Origin: Alphaproteobacteria bacterium
GTDB taxonomy: Bacteria; Pseudomonadota; Alphaproteobacteria; Caulobacterales; Maricaulaceae
Direction of reading: 5' to 3'
Length of the DNA stretch: 64,000 nucleotides
Assembly: GCA_016124675.1 (NCBI GenBank)
Contig: WGNG01000010.1
Coordinates: 12,634 to 76,633 of the forward strand
Shown: one piece after another, positions 52,815 through 62,148 of the stretch
Layout of the letters: every line of letters begins with the position of its first letter
Numbering within the stretch: position 1 is the first letter of the stretch
Translations under genes and position numbers: made by a program
Notes under the pieces: generated by a model
What the model was told of the DNA's origin: nothing
The model's database searches: none
What the model saw: only the letters and a program-made list of their open reading frames with translations

Positions 52815-53185
52815 ACCGGGTGCTCGAGCGCATTGAGCCCCGGGCTCGAGGCGAACATCCAGCCTGAGAAAATCTGCTCGCCATCGTCTTCCTCACCGAA
52901 ACCATCGGTGCGCCGGTCATTGACCTGCAGGAAGGCGAACACTTCGGGCGGCTCTTCGGGCGGGCGCTTGCGGCAATACTGCACGGTGATCGACAGCGCG
53001 CCGAACTGCACCGCCTCGCCCACCGGGGCCTCGAAATCGCGGGTGCGCGCCGTGACCTTGTCGAGCCCGCGCAGCACCGCCATCACGCCGGGCCGGGACG
53101 ACAGCTCGCGCATGCCGTCACCCTGCTGGGCGAAAGCGGGCGGCGCGACCAGCACCGATGCGGTCAGGATAAGTGTGCGTATCAT
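52781..53185 (-). CDS. DUF2155 domain protein (secreted)
   Basis: 3' part of ORF 52781..54583 from ATG 53185: [20 protein letters not shown] signal, [42 protein letters not shown]. Convergent 34-nt overlap with aat. Confidence 0.75.
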   Translation of the reverse strand: MIRTLILTASVLVAPPAFAQQGDGMRELSSRPGVMAVLRGLDKVTARTRDFEAPVGEAVQFGALSITVQYCRKRPPEEPPEVFAFLQVNDRRTDGFGEEDDGEQIFSGWMFASSPGLNALEHPVYDVWVIDCRS

Positions 53186-53225
53186 GGCGCGCATCCTGTC
53201 ATGCAATGTGTGGCGGGACCAAGGC

Positions 53226-53639
53226 CTACTCGCCCGGTTTCCACGGTTCATAGTCGGATGAGGTTTCCTGGCGCGCGCGCTGCGATCCATAGGCCAGCGA
53301 GCCCGCCGGCCGATAGGCGCGCAGCGTGCCGGTGAGGTTGGGCTCGTGATCGAGCTCCCACGGGCGGCGCGCCATCGTCGCTTCGGTCGGCGCCTCGTCA
53401 AAGGTGTGATGCAGCCAGCCATGCCAGTCGGACGGCACGCGCGAGGCGTCGGCATAGCCCTTGTACACCACCCAGCGGCGCGTCTTGCCGTCTGCCCCGG
53501 TGCCCGCATGGCGCTCTTGATAATAGCGATTGCCGAACTGGTCCTCGCCCACCTTCTCTCCCGAGCGCCAGATGGTCCAGGCCGCGCCCGCAGACGCGCC
53601 ATTCCACCAGGTGAAGATTTTCGACAGCAAGCCAAGCAT
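53226..53639 (-). CDS. NDUFA12 (B17.2)-like NADH:ubiquinone oxidoreductase subunit family protein
   Basis: 137 aa: FTWWNG...[11 protein letters not shown]...RRWVVY...[14 protein letters not shown]. Confidence 0.85.
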   Translation of the reverse strand: MLGLLSKIFTWWNGASAGAAWTIWRSGEKVGEDQFGNRYYQERHAGTGADGKTRRWVVYKGYADASRVPSDWHGWLHHTFDEAPTEATMARRPWELDHEPNLTGTLRAYRPAGSLAYGSQRARQETSSDYEPWKPGE

Positions 53640-53791
53640 GGGCCGTTCCTCATCGATCCATATGCGCCTCGTATATGCCCCCGCCCGGCCCGCCGGTCCA
53701 GAGCCGCAGGCGGGATTCGCGCACAGCCCCTTCCCTCCGGTACGATAGCGGTGATTCGCGCGCTCGCGCGTCCGCCTGCCGAGGAGCCGCC

Positions 53792-56347
53792 ATGACCGTG
53801 ACGCCCCGCCTGACGCTGGCCGAGGCCGGATATGCGTTCGAGAGCCGCCCTTTGCTGGCGGCGGATCCCGATGCGCTGGACGCCCCCGCCGACGCCGCGC
53901 TGCGCGCGCCCGCCAGCTGGAGCCCGCGCGCCTGCGCCGCGTTCGCCGCGCTCACCGGCGCCGGGTTTGACGCCGACATGGATGCGCAGAGCGTTGTGAG
54001 TGATCTGGCGAGCCGCCTCGCCGGCGCCTTCCCCAAGCGCGATGCAGGCCTGGCGCGCGGCGAGATTGCCGCCTCGCTGCTGGCGCGTGAAGCCTGCCCG
54101 GCGCCCGCCTTGTGGCGCGGCGAAGCGCTGGACGCCGCTCCGGCGCCGCTGGCGGCGCGGGTGGAGGACCTCTCCTCCATCCTCCACGATCTCAACGCCG
54201 CCGCCATGGGCCAGGCGGCTGCCGATGTCGGCGCGCGCGTGCTCGCAGAGCGGCTCGAAGCCGTGGCGCTGGCCTGCGTGAACTGCACCGGCGCGGAAGC
54301 CGAGTGTTTTGACCCCCGCCACAACCGGGCGCTGGCGCGCGCCGTGCGCGCCGCCCGCCGCGACGGGGCGCCGGATGCGATGATTGAGCGGGCCATCGCC
54401 CGCGCCCGCCAGGGCGTCACGGCGCCGGAAGCCGGCCTGCACGCCGCCGCGCCCGCCTTCATGACGCCACCTGTCCGGCTCGATGCGCGCTTCTTTGATC
54501 TGGCTGACGCCGACGGCGCGATCGCAACCGGCGAGCCGGCGCGCAAGCTGGCGGCGGATCTCTCCGAAGCCCTGTGGACCCATGGCCTGCCAAGCTTGCG
54601 CTTTTCCGACATCGCCGCAGCGCCCGCGCCTGCGGTGACGCTGGAGCTGACGCGCTTCGTCACCGGCGAGGGCATTGATCTGGCCGCACTGTCCGCCGCC
54701 GCCAGCCTGTGGGGCGCCATTGCAGAAGCCGCCGGCGGGTCGCTGGCCCTGTCCGGTCTCGGCGCGGCGCTGTGCGCCCGCCGGCTCGCCTATGACAGCG
54801 ACGGCGCGCGCGACGCCGCCGCCCGCCTGATCAACGCCGCCAGCGCCAGTCCAGCCCCGCTCTCACTCGCCCGGCCCGACGCCCTGTCCCTGACCTTCCT
54901 GGGCGCCGAATCCATCGGCGTGCATCCGCCCGCCGCGCTGGATTCGCCCGATGCACAGGGCTTTGCCGCCTGCGTCGACACCACTCTGGCCGATTTGCCT
55001 GAAGACACACGGGCGCAGGCCCTTGCTCACGCTCTCGGCGCCCGCTCTCTGAACGGTCACAAGGCCGGCTGGATCGACGCCCTGCGCCGTCAGGGCGTGG
55101 ACGATGGCGCCTTCGCCCGCATCAATGCGGCGCTGGCCGACGGCATTCCGCTGCGCTACGCCATCAATCGCTGGAGCCTGGGGCCCGAGATCGCCCAGCG
55201 TTGCGGCATTAGCCCCGAACGCTTTGACCGCGCAGGCGGAAAGCTTCTGGAGGCGCTGGGCGTCGATGCCGTGGATATCGCCGCCGCCGAGCGTTATGTG
55301 CAAGGCGCCGGGCGCCTCGATGACTGCCCCGCCCTGACGCCGGAGCGCCGCGCCGTCTTCGCCGATCCGGTCCCGCAGGCGCGCCTGGCCATGGCCGTGG
55401 CGGTGGAAGCAGCGCTGGGCGCATCGTGTGCGCTGGAGATCGCCCTGCCCGGCGGCGCCAGCATGGATGAGGCCGGCGCCCTGGCCGCCTCGGCGGCGCG
55501 CCTCGGCCTGCACGCCATCACCATCCGGCGCGAGGGCGAAGCGCTCTATGACCTGCTCAACACGATCGAATTTGAAGGCGGCGATTACGGCCCGCGCGAT
55601 GTGGTCACCGAGGAGCGCATCGTGGAGCGTCTGGTCGAAACCGTCGTCGAGCGCGCCGCCCAGCGCCGCAAGCTGCCCGACCGCAGAAAGGGTTACATCC
55701 AGAAATCCACGGTCGGCGGCCACAAGGTCTATCTGCATACCGGCGAGTTCGATAATGGCGAGCTGGGCGAGATTTTCATCGACATGCACAAGGAAGGCGC
55801 CGCCTTCCGCTCGCTGATGAATAATTTCGCCATCGCCATCTCCATCGGCCTGCAATACGGCGTGCCGCTGGAGGAGTTCGTGGACGCCTATCTGTTCACC
55901 CGCTTCGAGCCTGCCGGACCGGTGGAGGGCAATGATTCCATCACCTACGCCACCTCCATCCTCGACTATCTGTTCCGTGAACTGGCCGTCAGCTATCTCG
56001 GCCGCGAGGATCTTGCCCAGACCGAAGACCCGCGCGCCGACAGCGCCGGCATTGGCCGCGGCGTGGCGCGGGAGAAGCTCGCCGCCCAGGCCGACCCGGC
56101 CAGCCTCATATCGCGCGGATTTTCACGCGGCCAGCTGCCAGACAATGTGGTGATGCTCGCCTCGCGCCCGCGCAAGCCCGCAGGCGAAGCCTCAGCCTCA
56201 GCCTCCGGCGCCGCCGCCCCGGCCCGCGCCCCGGACCCGGAATACTATGGCGAGCCCTGCCCCGAATGCGGTCATTTCACGCTGCTGGAACAGGGCGCGA
56301 GCGTCGCCTGCGACGCCTGCGGCTGGTCGGGCCCGCCGCCAGGGTGA
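53792..56347 (+). CDS. TSCPD-domain protein: class II ribonucleotide reductase (NrdJ)-derived paralogue with degenerate catalytic region
   Basis: ORF 53675..56347 trimmed to ATG 53792 (GAGGAG RBS). The C-terminal ~250 aa are strongly NrdJ-like ([79 protein letters not shown]...[12 protein letters not shown]; Zn-ribbon CPECG...CDACG). The N-terminal ~560 aa are Ala-rich and lack recognisable RNR active-site motifs. Confidence 0.75.
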   Translation: MTVTPRLTLAEAGYAFESRPLLAADPDALDAPADAALRAPASWSPRACAAFAALTGAGFDADMDAQSVVSDLASRLAGAFPKRDAGLARGEIAASLLAREACPAPALWRGEALDAAPAPLAARVEDLSSILHDLNAAAMGQAAADVGARVLAERLEAVALACVNCTGAEAECFDPRHNRALARAVRAARRDGAPDAMIERAIARARQGVTAPEAGLHAAAPAFMTPPVRLDARFFDLADADGAIATGEPARKLAADLSEALWTHGLPSLRFSDIAAAPAPAVTLELTRFVTGEGIDLAALSAAASLWGAIAEAAGGSLALSGLGAALCARRLAYDSDGARDAAARLINAASASPAPLSLARPDALSLTFLGAESIGVHPPAALDSPDAQGFAACVDTTLADLPEDTRAQALAHALGARSLNGHKAGWIDALRRQGVDDGAFARINAALADGIPLRYAINRWSLGPEIAQRCGISPERFDRAGGKLLEALGVDAVDIAAAERYVQGAGRLDDCPALTPERRAVFADPVPQARLAMAVAVEAALGASCALEIALPGGASMDEAGALAASAARLGLHAITIRREGEALYDLLNTIEFEGGDYGPRDVVTEERIVERLVETVVERAAQRRKLPDRRKGYIQKSTVGGHKVYLHTGEFDNGELGEIFIDMHKEGAAFRSLMNNFAIAISIGLQYGVPLEEFVDAYLFTRFEPAGPVEGNDSITYATSILDYLFRELAVSYLGREDLAQTEDPRADSAGIGRGVAREKLAAQADPASLISRGFSRGQLPDNVVMLASRPRKPAGEASASASGAAAPARAPDPEYYGEPCPECGHFTLLEQGASVACDACGWSGPPPG

Positions 56348-56353
56348 GGCCCC

Positions 56354-57202
56354 CTAAACCGCATCCAGCCCCAGATCGAGCGCCGGCGCTGAATGGGTCA
56401 GGGCGCCGACGCTGATCACGTCCACGCCGGTTTCGGCGATGGCGCGAATGGTCTCCAGCGTCACGCCGCCAGAGGCTTCCAGCGTCAAGCGGCCTTTGGC
56501 GATGGCGACGGCGAGGCGCAGATCGTCCAGCGAAAAATTGTCCAGAAGCACGCTCTCCGCGCCCGCCTCCAATACCTCACCGAGCTGGTCGATACGGTCA
56601 ATCTCCACCGCGATGCGGGTCATGTGACCGCAAAAGGCGCGCGCCCGGCGCACCGCCTCGCCCGCCCCGCCGCAGACCGCCACGTGATTGTCCTTGATCA
56701 GCACGGCGTCATCCAGGCCGAACCGGTGCGACGCCCCGCCCCCGGCGCGCACGGCCTGTAGCTCAAGCGCTCTCAGCCCCGGCGTGGTCTTGCGGGTATG
56801 GGCGACCACGCAGCCGGTACCGGCAATCGCCGCCACATAGCGCCGGGTCAGCGTCGCCACACCCGACAGCCGCCCCAGGAAATTCAAAGCCGCCCGCTCC
56901 GCCGTCAGGATGGACCGGGCCGGGCCGCTGATCCGCGCCAGCGCCGCGCCCGCCTGCAGCTCACCGCCATCGCGCACAAGCCATTGCACGTCGACCGTTT
57001 CATCAACCTGATCGAAGACCTCATCGGCGGCCTGTACGCCCGCCAGCACGCCATCGGTGCGCGCCGCAATGACGAATTTGGCCCGGGCCCCGTCGGGGAT
57101 GGTCGCCAGCGATGTCAGATCGCCCCGCCCGCCCAGATCCTCATCCAGCGTCATCGACACGATTTCCGCGACGATGCCGCGCGGGACAGGCGGTATGTTC
57201 AT
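56354..57202 (-). CDS. nadC: nicotinate-nucleotide diphosphorylase (carboxylating)
   Basis: 282 aa: EDLGGRGDLTS, TRKTTPGLR, IKDNH. ATGA-type overlap with nadB. Confidence 0.93.
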   Translation of the reverse strand: MNIPPVPRGIVAEIVSMTLDEDLGGRGDLTSLATIPDGARAKFVIAARTDGVLAGVQAADEVFDQVDETVDVQWLVRDGGELQAGAALARISGPARSILTAERAALNFLGRLSGVATLTRRYVAAIAGTGCVVAHTRKTTPGLRALELQAVRAGGGASHRFGLDDAVLIKDNHVAVCGGAGEAVRRARAFCGHMTRIAVEIDRIDQLGEVLEAGAESVLLDNFSLDDLRLAVAIAKGRLTLEASGGVTLETIRAIAETGVDVISVGALTHSAPALDLGLDAV

Positions 57203-58722
57203 TCGGCCACTCCGGCGGCAGGCAGGCGCGGCGCAAGGGCGCGCGCCTCGTCAAGGGTCAGGCGGGTGGAGCAGGCCACATCATCCGTCATCGGGAAGTC
57301 CTGACGGAAATGCGCGCCGCGGCTTTCGGTGCGCGCCAGCGCCGCCACAGCGGTCAGGCGCGCGGCGATCAAGGCATGGGCGCCGCCATAGCGCGCTTCA
57401 AGATCATCAATGACGGTGATGAGGCGCGAGAGGCCCGCGCCATCACGCTCCACACCCGCTTGCGCGCTCATCACCTGACGCAGGCGCTGCAGCGCAGGTC
57501 CGGGCAGGACGGGCGCCGGCTCGGCAGGCCCAGCCGTTACGGTGCGCGCAGGCGCATCGCGCAGCGCCTCAGCGGCGCGGCGGCCAAACACCAGCCCGTC
57601 CAGCAGGGAGTTGGACGCCAGACGATTGGCGCCATGCACGCCCGGCGCGGCGCATTCGCCCACTGCATGGAGGCCCGGCACGCCGGTGAACCCGTCCAGA
57701 TCGGTGGCGACGCCGCCCATGTGGTAATGCGCTGCCGGCGCCACCGGGATCGGCGTCACGCGCGGATCAATCCCGCCACTCATGCAGGCGGCGAACGCCG
57801 CCGGAAAGCGCTCGGGGAAAGCCTCGCCCACAGCGGCGCGCGCATCGAGAAACGCGCCCTTGCCGGTGCGGCGCTGACGGTGGACGGCGCGCGCGACCAC
57901 GTCGCGCGGGGCGAGCTCGGCTTGGGGATGCACCGCACGCATGAAGCGCCGGCCTGCCCGGTCGATCAGACTGGCGCCCTCGCCGCGCAGCGCCTCGGTG
58001 GCCAGCGGCGCCGGATCGCGCCCGATATCGATGGCGGTGGGGTGGAACTGGACAAATTCAGGATCGCGGATCACCGCGCCCAGCTGCGCGGCCATGGCCA
58101 GCGCCTGCCCCTGGCTAGACCAGGGCGTGGTGGTCACGGCGTACAGCCCGCACAGCGAGCCGGTGGCCAGCACCACATCGCCCTTGAGCGCCGCCAGAGC
58201 GCCATCGCTCCCGCACGCCAGAACACCCGCGCAGCCGCCATCAGACGCAGGCAGCAAAGCTTCGGCCCGCCAGCCTTCGCGGATGTCGACATGGTCCGCC
58301 GCGCGCACAGCATGGATCAGCGCCGCCAGAATGCCCGCGCCGGCCTGATCGCCCTTCACCCGGGCCACGCGGGCCCGGCCATGCGCCGCTTCGCGCGACA
58401 GCGCCCATTCGCCATCGTCCGCACGTTCGAACGGCGCACCCAGCGCATGGAGCGCCTCGACTTCAGCCGGTCCGGCTTCAGCCAGAATCCGCGCCGCCTC
58501 CGCGTCCACCAGGCCTGCGCCCGCCGCAATGGTATCAGCCGTATGCAGCGCCGGCGCATCATCGCGCCCCAGCGCCGCCGCCACGCCGCCCTGGGCCCAC
58601 GCCGTCGACGCCCCCTGCCCCAACGGTGCGCCGGTGAGCAGAATGACGGGGCGCGGCGCCGCGTGCAGCGCGGTCCAGAGACCCGCAATGCCGGCGCCGG
58701 CGATGATGATGGGGCGGGTCAT
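57199..58722 (-). CDS. nadB: L-aspartate oxidase
   Basis: 507 aa: FAD motif IIAGAGIAGL, AQGG, HYHMGG, ESRGAHFR. Confidence 0.95.
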   Translation of the reverse strand: MTRPIIIAGAGIAGLWTALHAAPRPVILLTGAPLGQGASTAWAQGGVAAALGRDDAPALHTADTIAAGAGLVDAEAARILAEAGPAEVEALHALGAPFERADDGEWALSREAAHGRARVARVKGDQAGAGILAALIHAVRAADHVDIREGWRAEALLPASDGGCAGVLACGSDGALAALKGDVVLATGSLCGLYAVTTTPWSSQGQALAMAAQLGAVIRDPEFVQFHPTAIDIGRDPAPLATEALRGEGASLIDRAGRRFMRAVHPQAELAPRDVVARAVHRQRRTGKGAFLDARAAVGEAFPERFPAAFAACMSGGIDPRVTPIPVAPAAHYHMGGVATDLDGFTGVPGLHAVGECAAPGVHGANRLASNSLLDGLVFGRRAAEALRDAPARTVTAGPAEPAPVLPGPALQRLRQVMSAQAGVERDGAGLSRLITVIDDLEARYGGAHALIAARLTAVAALARTESRGAHFRQDFPMTDDVACSTRLTLDEARALAPRLPAAGVAE

Positions 58723-58792
58723 GATACGTCCCCTTTCAACAGGAACCCGGCATGAGAAGGGCGGGAAGGCCGCGCGAGAATGATTTTCCGCG

Positions 58793-58947
58793 CCCCCTCA
58801 CCTTTATCCTCTCCCCCATGGTCATGGGGGAGAGGAGCGTCTTGCGCCGCGTCATATACGGCGACGCCGGGCGCCTCGTTCAAAGAACACAATGCGGCGC
58901 TGACGCCCCCTCTCCCCTCTTTGAGGGGAGAGGATAAAGGTGAGGGG
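58793..58947. repeat. MITE-like nested palindromic element, copy B (about 155 bp), between nadA and nadB
   Basis: CCCCTCACCTTTATCCTCTCCCCCatggtcatGGGGGAGAGG ... CCTCTCCCCtctttgaGGGGAGAGGATAAAGGTGAGGGG. Same terminal modules and size as 17123-17275. Ends about 10 nt from the nadA stop. Confidence 0.7.
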
Positions 58948-58957
58948 TGGGCACCCA

Positions 58958-60073
58958 TCACACGCTCACATACGGCACGGCGACTGGCGCCTTGCCGGTG
59001 TCGAAGTGCGGCGGCGCAGACAGGCGCGGCAGGTCCAGCATCGCCTGCAGGCTGGCGCGGGCCAGCCTGGCGATTTCAGGGTCCACATGCACCTCGTGCT
59101 TCATGTCGCGCAGCGCCTCGTAAATACCCTTCAGGGTGATGCGCTTCATGTGCGGGCACAGATTGCAGGGCTTCACGAAGGCGACGCCCGGGTTTTCCAC
59201 CGCCACATTGTCGCTCATCGAGCATTCGGTGATCAGGATGGCCTTTGTCGGCGCATGGTCCTTCACATAGGCCGCCATGGCGCCGGTTGAGCCGGCGAAA
59301 TCAGCCTTCGCCATCACCTCGGGCGGGCATTCGGGGTGGGTCAGGATCACCGCGTCGGGGTGGGCGGCGCGCAAGTCATCAATGTCCTGCGCCGTGAATT
59401 GCTCGTGCACCTCGCACGAACCCTTCCAGGTGAAGATCTTGATGCCGGTCTGGGCCGCGACATTCTTGGCGAGATACTCGTCGGGGATCATGATGACGGT
59501 GTCCACGCCCCATTGCGCAGCTGCCGCCTCCACCACCTGCACGGCGTTGGACGAGGTGCAGCAAATGTCGGAATACGCCTTCACCTCGGCCGAGGTGTTC
59601 ACATAGGTCACGATGGGCAGGTGCGGATAGGCCGCCTTGATGGCGCGCACGTCCTCGCCGGTGATGGATGCTGCCAGCGAGCAGCCCGCCGCCATGTCCG
59701 GGATCAGCACCGTCTTGTCCGGCGACAGGATTTTCGCCGTCTCGGCCATGAAATGCACCCCCGCCTGGACGATCACGGCTTCCTTCGCCTCGGCGGCGAC
59801 CTGGGCGAGCTTCAGCGAGTCGCCTGTGATGTCGCCCACGCAGTTGAAGATTTCCGGCGTCATGTAGTTGTGCGCCAGGATGGTCGCGCCGCGCTCGGCC
59901 TTCAGCCGGTTGATGGCGTCGATCAGCGGCGCAAACAGCGGCCACTCCATCGGCGTGACGACATCCTTCACCCGGTCGTAGAGATGATCGGTGCGCGCCT
60001 TGACCGCGTCGTCATAGACCAGCGCCTCGGCCTGGGGCCAGTCGCTGCGGGGCGTGAAATGCATGCCGTCCAT
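58958..60073 (-). CDS. nadA: quinolinate synthase
   Basis: 371 aa; AAGGAGG RBS 5 nt upstream. ILAHNYM, HFMAET, conserved Cys residues (PDMAAGCSL, ITECSMS, CPHMK). Confidence 0.95.
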   Translation of the reverse strand: MDGMHFTPRSDWPQAEALVYDDAVKARTDHLYDRVKDVVTPMEWPLFAPLIDAINRLKAERGATILAHNYMTPEIFNCVGDITGDSLKLAQVAAEAKEAVIVQAGVHFMAETAKILSPDKTVLIPDMAAGCSLAASITGEDVRAIKAAYPHLPIVTYVNTSAEVKAYSDICCTSSNAVQVVEAAAAQWGVDTVIMIPDEYLAKNVAAQTGIKIFTWKGSCEVHEQFTAQDIDDLRAAHPDAVILTHPECPPEVMAKADFAGSTGAMAAYVKDHAPTKAILITECSMSDNVAVENPGVAFVKPCNLCPHMKRITLKGIYEALRDMKHEVHVDPEIARLARASLQAMLDLPRLSAPPHFDTGKAPVAVPYVSV

Positions 60074-60085
60074 GGCCGCCTCCTT

Positions 60086-60102
60086 TTGCTCGAATTGAGC
60101 AT
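60086..60102. promoter_or_regulatory. imperfect palindrome TTGCTCG-AAT-TGAGCAT just upstream of the nadA RBS (candidate NAD-regulon operator)
   Basis: Arms TGCTC/GAGCA are exact complements, 13-29 nt upstream of the nadA ATG. A second A/T-rich inverted repeat TTTCTT-N7-AAGAAA follows at 60102-60120. Confidence 0.3.
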
Positions 60103-60250
60103 TTCTTGGGCCTTAAGAAACGGCGCGTGCTCGGGAGAGGCGCGCCGCACTTTTGCTCTCAGTGAGCCTAAGGTGGAGTGGACTATACGCACGCCAAGGG
60201 GGCTGGCAAGAAAAATATCCGATCCGGGACGGTTTTTTGTACGGCCTCTG

Positions 60251-61261
60251 TCACGAGCGCACGGCCCGTCCCGCCAGCACATGCAGGACGGTCAGGATGA
60301 CGGCCCAGGCGCAGAAGGCCGCAAAGGGCGCGATATCAGGGCCTTGCGCCGCCGCAAGGCCGCTCAGGACGATCAGGGCGGTCAGCCCGCCATAGACGAG
60401 CGCCACGCGCGCATGGCTCCAGCCGCCATCGATCAGGCGCTGATACACATGCTCGCGGTGAGCCTGAAGCGAGAACCGGCCGTGGCGCGCGCGGCGCAGA
60501 AGCGTCAGCAACACATCGGCCAGGAACACGAGGATGAAGAGCGGCGCCAGCCAGAGTGATCCGGGAAAGCCGTGTCCGGCCAGCGCCAGCGCGCCCCCCG
60601 CATACGCCGCCCCGGCCCCCAGCGCACCCACATCACCGGCGAACACGCGCGCCGGATTCCAGTTGAACAGGATGAACCCCGCCAGCCCCGCCGCCAGCGC
60701 CGCGCCGATAATGACGCTCGCCGTCACGCCCGCCACAAGCCCCGCCACCATCAGGCCGAGGCTCGCCGGGATCATCACCGCCGGAAACATGCCGTCCGAC
60801 CCGTCCATGAAATTGACCGCGTTGACCGCGACGAACACGAACAGGGCCGAGCCCGCCCAGCCGAGCCAGACCGGCAGGCTCAGGCCGGCAACGCCATCCA
60901 CCGGAATATGAGTCACCGGCCCCGCCACGGCGGCGAGCGCAATGCACAGGCAGACGCTGGCGACGAATTTACCCAGCTCGCCCAGCGTGATGAGGTCATC
61001 GGCAAAGCCCATCACCGCAAACGCGGCGGCGATGATCAATATCCCCGCCAGCGGCCCGCCCGAAACCGCAAACACGCTTGCCGCCAGCGCGCCTGCGCCC
61101 AGGCCCGCCATCACGCCGAGCCCCCCGGCGCGCGGGGTCGGGTTCACATGGCTGGAGCGCGCATTGGGCATGTCCAGCACGCCGGCGCGCCAGGCGAGCG
61201 CGGTCACGGCGAGGCTGGCCGCGAAGGCCCCCGCCAGGATGGCGAGGATCGCCAGGCTCAT
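60251..61261 (-). CDS. glycosyltransferase family 4 polyprenyl-phosphate sugar-1-phosphate transferase (WecA/WbpL/MraY-like)
   Basis: 336 aa, about 10 TM. NFMDGSDG and VFAGDVGALG motifs. Confidence 0.85.
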   Translation of the reverse strand: MSLAILAILAGAFAASLAVTALAWRAGVLDMPNARSSHVNPTPRAGGLGVMAGLGAGALAASVFAVSGGPLAGILIIAAAFAVMGFADDLITLGELGKFVASVCLCIALAAVAGPVTHIPVDGVAGLSLPVWLGWAGSALFVFVAVNAVNFMDGSDGMFPAVMIPASLGLMVAGLVAGVTASVIIGAALAAGLAGFILFNWNPARVFAGDVGALGAGAAYAGGALALAGHGFPGSLWLAPLFILVFLADVLLTLLRRARHGRFSLQAHREHVYQRLIDGGWSHARVALVYGGLTALIVLSGLAAAQGPDIAPFAAFCAWAVILTVLHVLAGRAVRS

Positions 61262-62148
61262 ACCGCCCCCGCCAGGGTGACCGGCGCCGCAGGCCAGTCC
61301 GGCCGGGCGCGCTGAATGAGCGCTGCGCTCTGGCGCGCGGCGTCCAGGGTTTCAAAGATCGCAAAACAGCTTGCCCCGGAGCCGGACATGCGCGCCAGCC
61401 GGGCGCCGGGCAGGTCCGCCAGCAGGTCCAGCGCCTCACCCACGGCCGGGCACAGGCGCCGGGCCGGGGCCTCAAGATCATTGGCGTCCGCCGCAAGCCG
61501 GCGCAGCGCGGCGTCCAGATCGCCCGCCGCCATGACCGCGCCCGCGCTGAGCGGCGCAGGATCGCCCTCGTCGAACGCCTTGAACACGGGTCCCGTCGAC
61601 AGCGCAGCGCCCGGATGGACGATCAGGGCCGGCAGTGACGGCCAGGCGGCGAGCGGCGCGACAATCTCGCCAATCCCGCTCATGCGGGCGGCGCGGGCAT
61701 GCACGCACACCGGGACGTCCGCGCCCACCGCCGACCCGATCTCGGCGAGCTGGCGCAGCGAAAAATCAAGATCCCAGAGTGCCGTGAGCGCGCGCAGGGC
61801 CGCCGCCGCATCCGACGATCCGCCCCCCAGCCCCGCCGCCACAGGCAGGCGCTTGGTGAGGGTCAGGCGCGCACCCAGTTCGCGCCGGTCCGCCGCCGCG
61901 CGCAGCGCCCAGGCGGCCTTGAGCACCAGATTGTGCGGCTCATCCTTCAGGGCTGCAGCGCCGTCGCCTTCGACAATCAGAGACAATTCGTCAGCCGGCT
62001 CGACGGCGAGCGTGTCGCCCCAATCTGCGAAGACGACCAGGGAATCCAGCGGATGATAGCCGTCGGCGCGCGCGCGCCCGACGCGCAGGGTAAGATTGAC
62101 CTTGGCGGGGGCGAACTGCTCCACGCCGCCGCGCAGAGCCGCACTCAT
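61258..62148 (-). CDS. ispE: 4-(cytidine 5'-diphospho)-2-C-methyl-D-erythritol kinase
   Basis: 296 aa: APAKVNLTLRV, GHMP motif PVAAGLGGGSSDAAA. Confidence 0.92.
   Translation of the reverse strand: MSAALRGGVEQFAPAKVNLTLRVGRARADGYHPLDSLVVFADWGDTLAVEPADELSLIVEGDGAAALKDEPHNLVLKAAWALRAAADRRELGARLTLTKRLPVAAGLGGGSSDAAAALRALTALWDLDFSLRQLAEIGSAVGADVPVCVHARAARMSGIGEIVAPLAAWPSLPALIVHPGAALSTGPVFKAFDEGDPAPLSAGAVMAAGDLDAALRRLAADANDLEAPARRLCPAVGEALDLLADLPGARLARMSGSGASCFAIFETLDAARQSAALIQRARPDWPAAPVTLAGAV

Noticed and set aside
52781-54583. 600-aa ORF spanning the DUF2155, NDUFA12 and TSCPD regions; similarly 35652..36836 (394 aa), 28847..31039 (730 aa) and 30387..32459 (690 aa)
   Set aside because: Only the 3' portions carry real protein signatures (DUF2155, bactofilin, DUF2793, MutA). 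Internal ATGs with RBSs give normal-length proteins. The upstream extensions overlap other supported genes or are low-complexity.
60205-60240. Terminator-like ccgatccgggacgg followed by TTTTTT downstream of the GT4 gene
   Set aside because: The stem is only 3-4 bp on either strand. The T-run is on the plus strand, where no gene ends.
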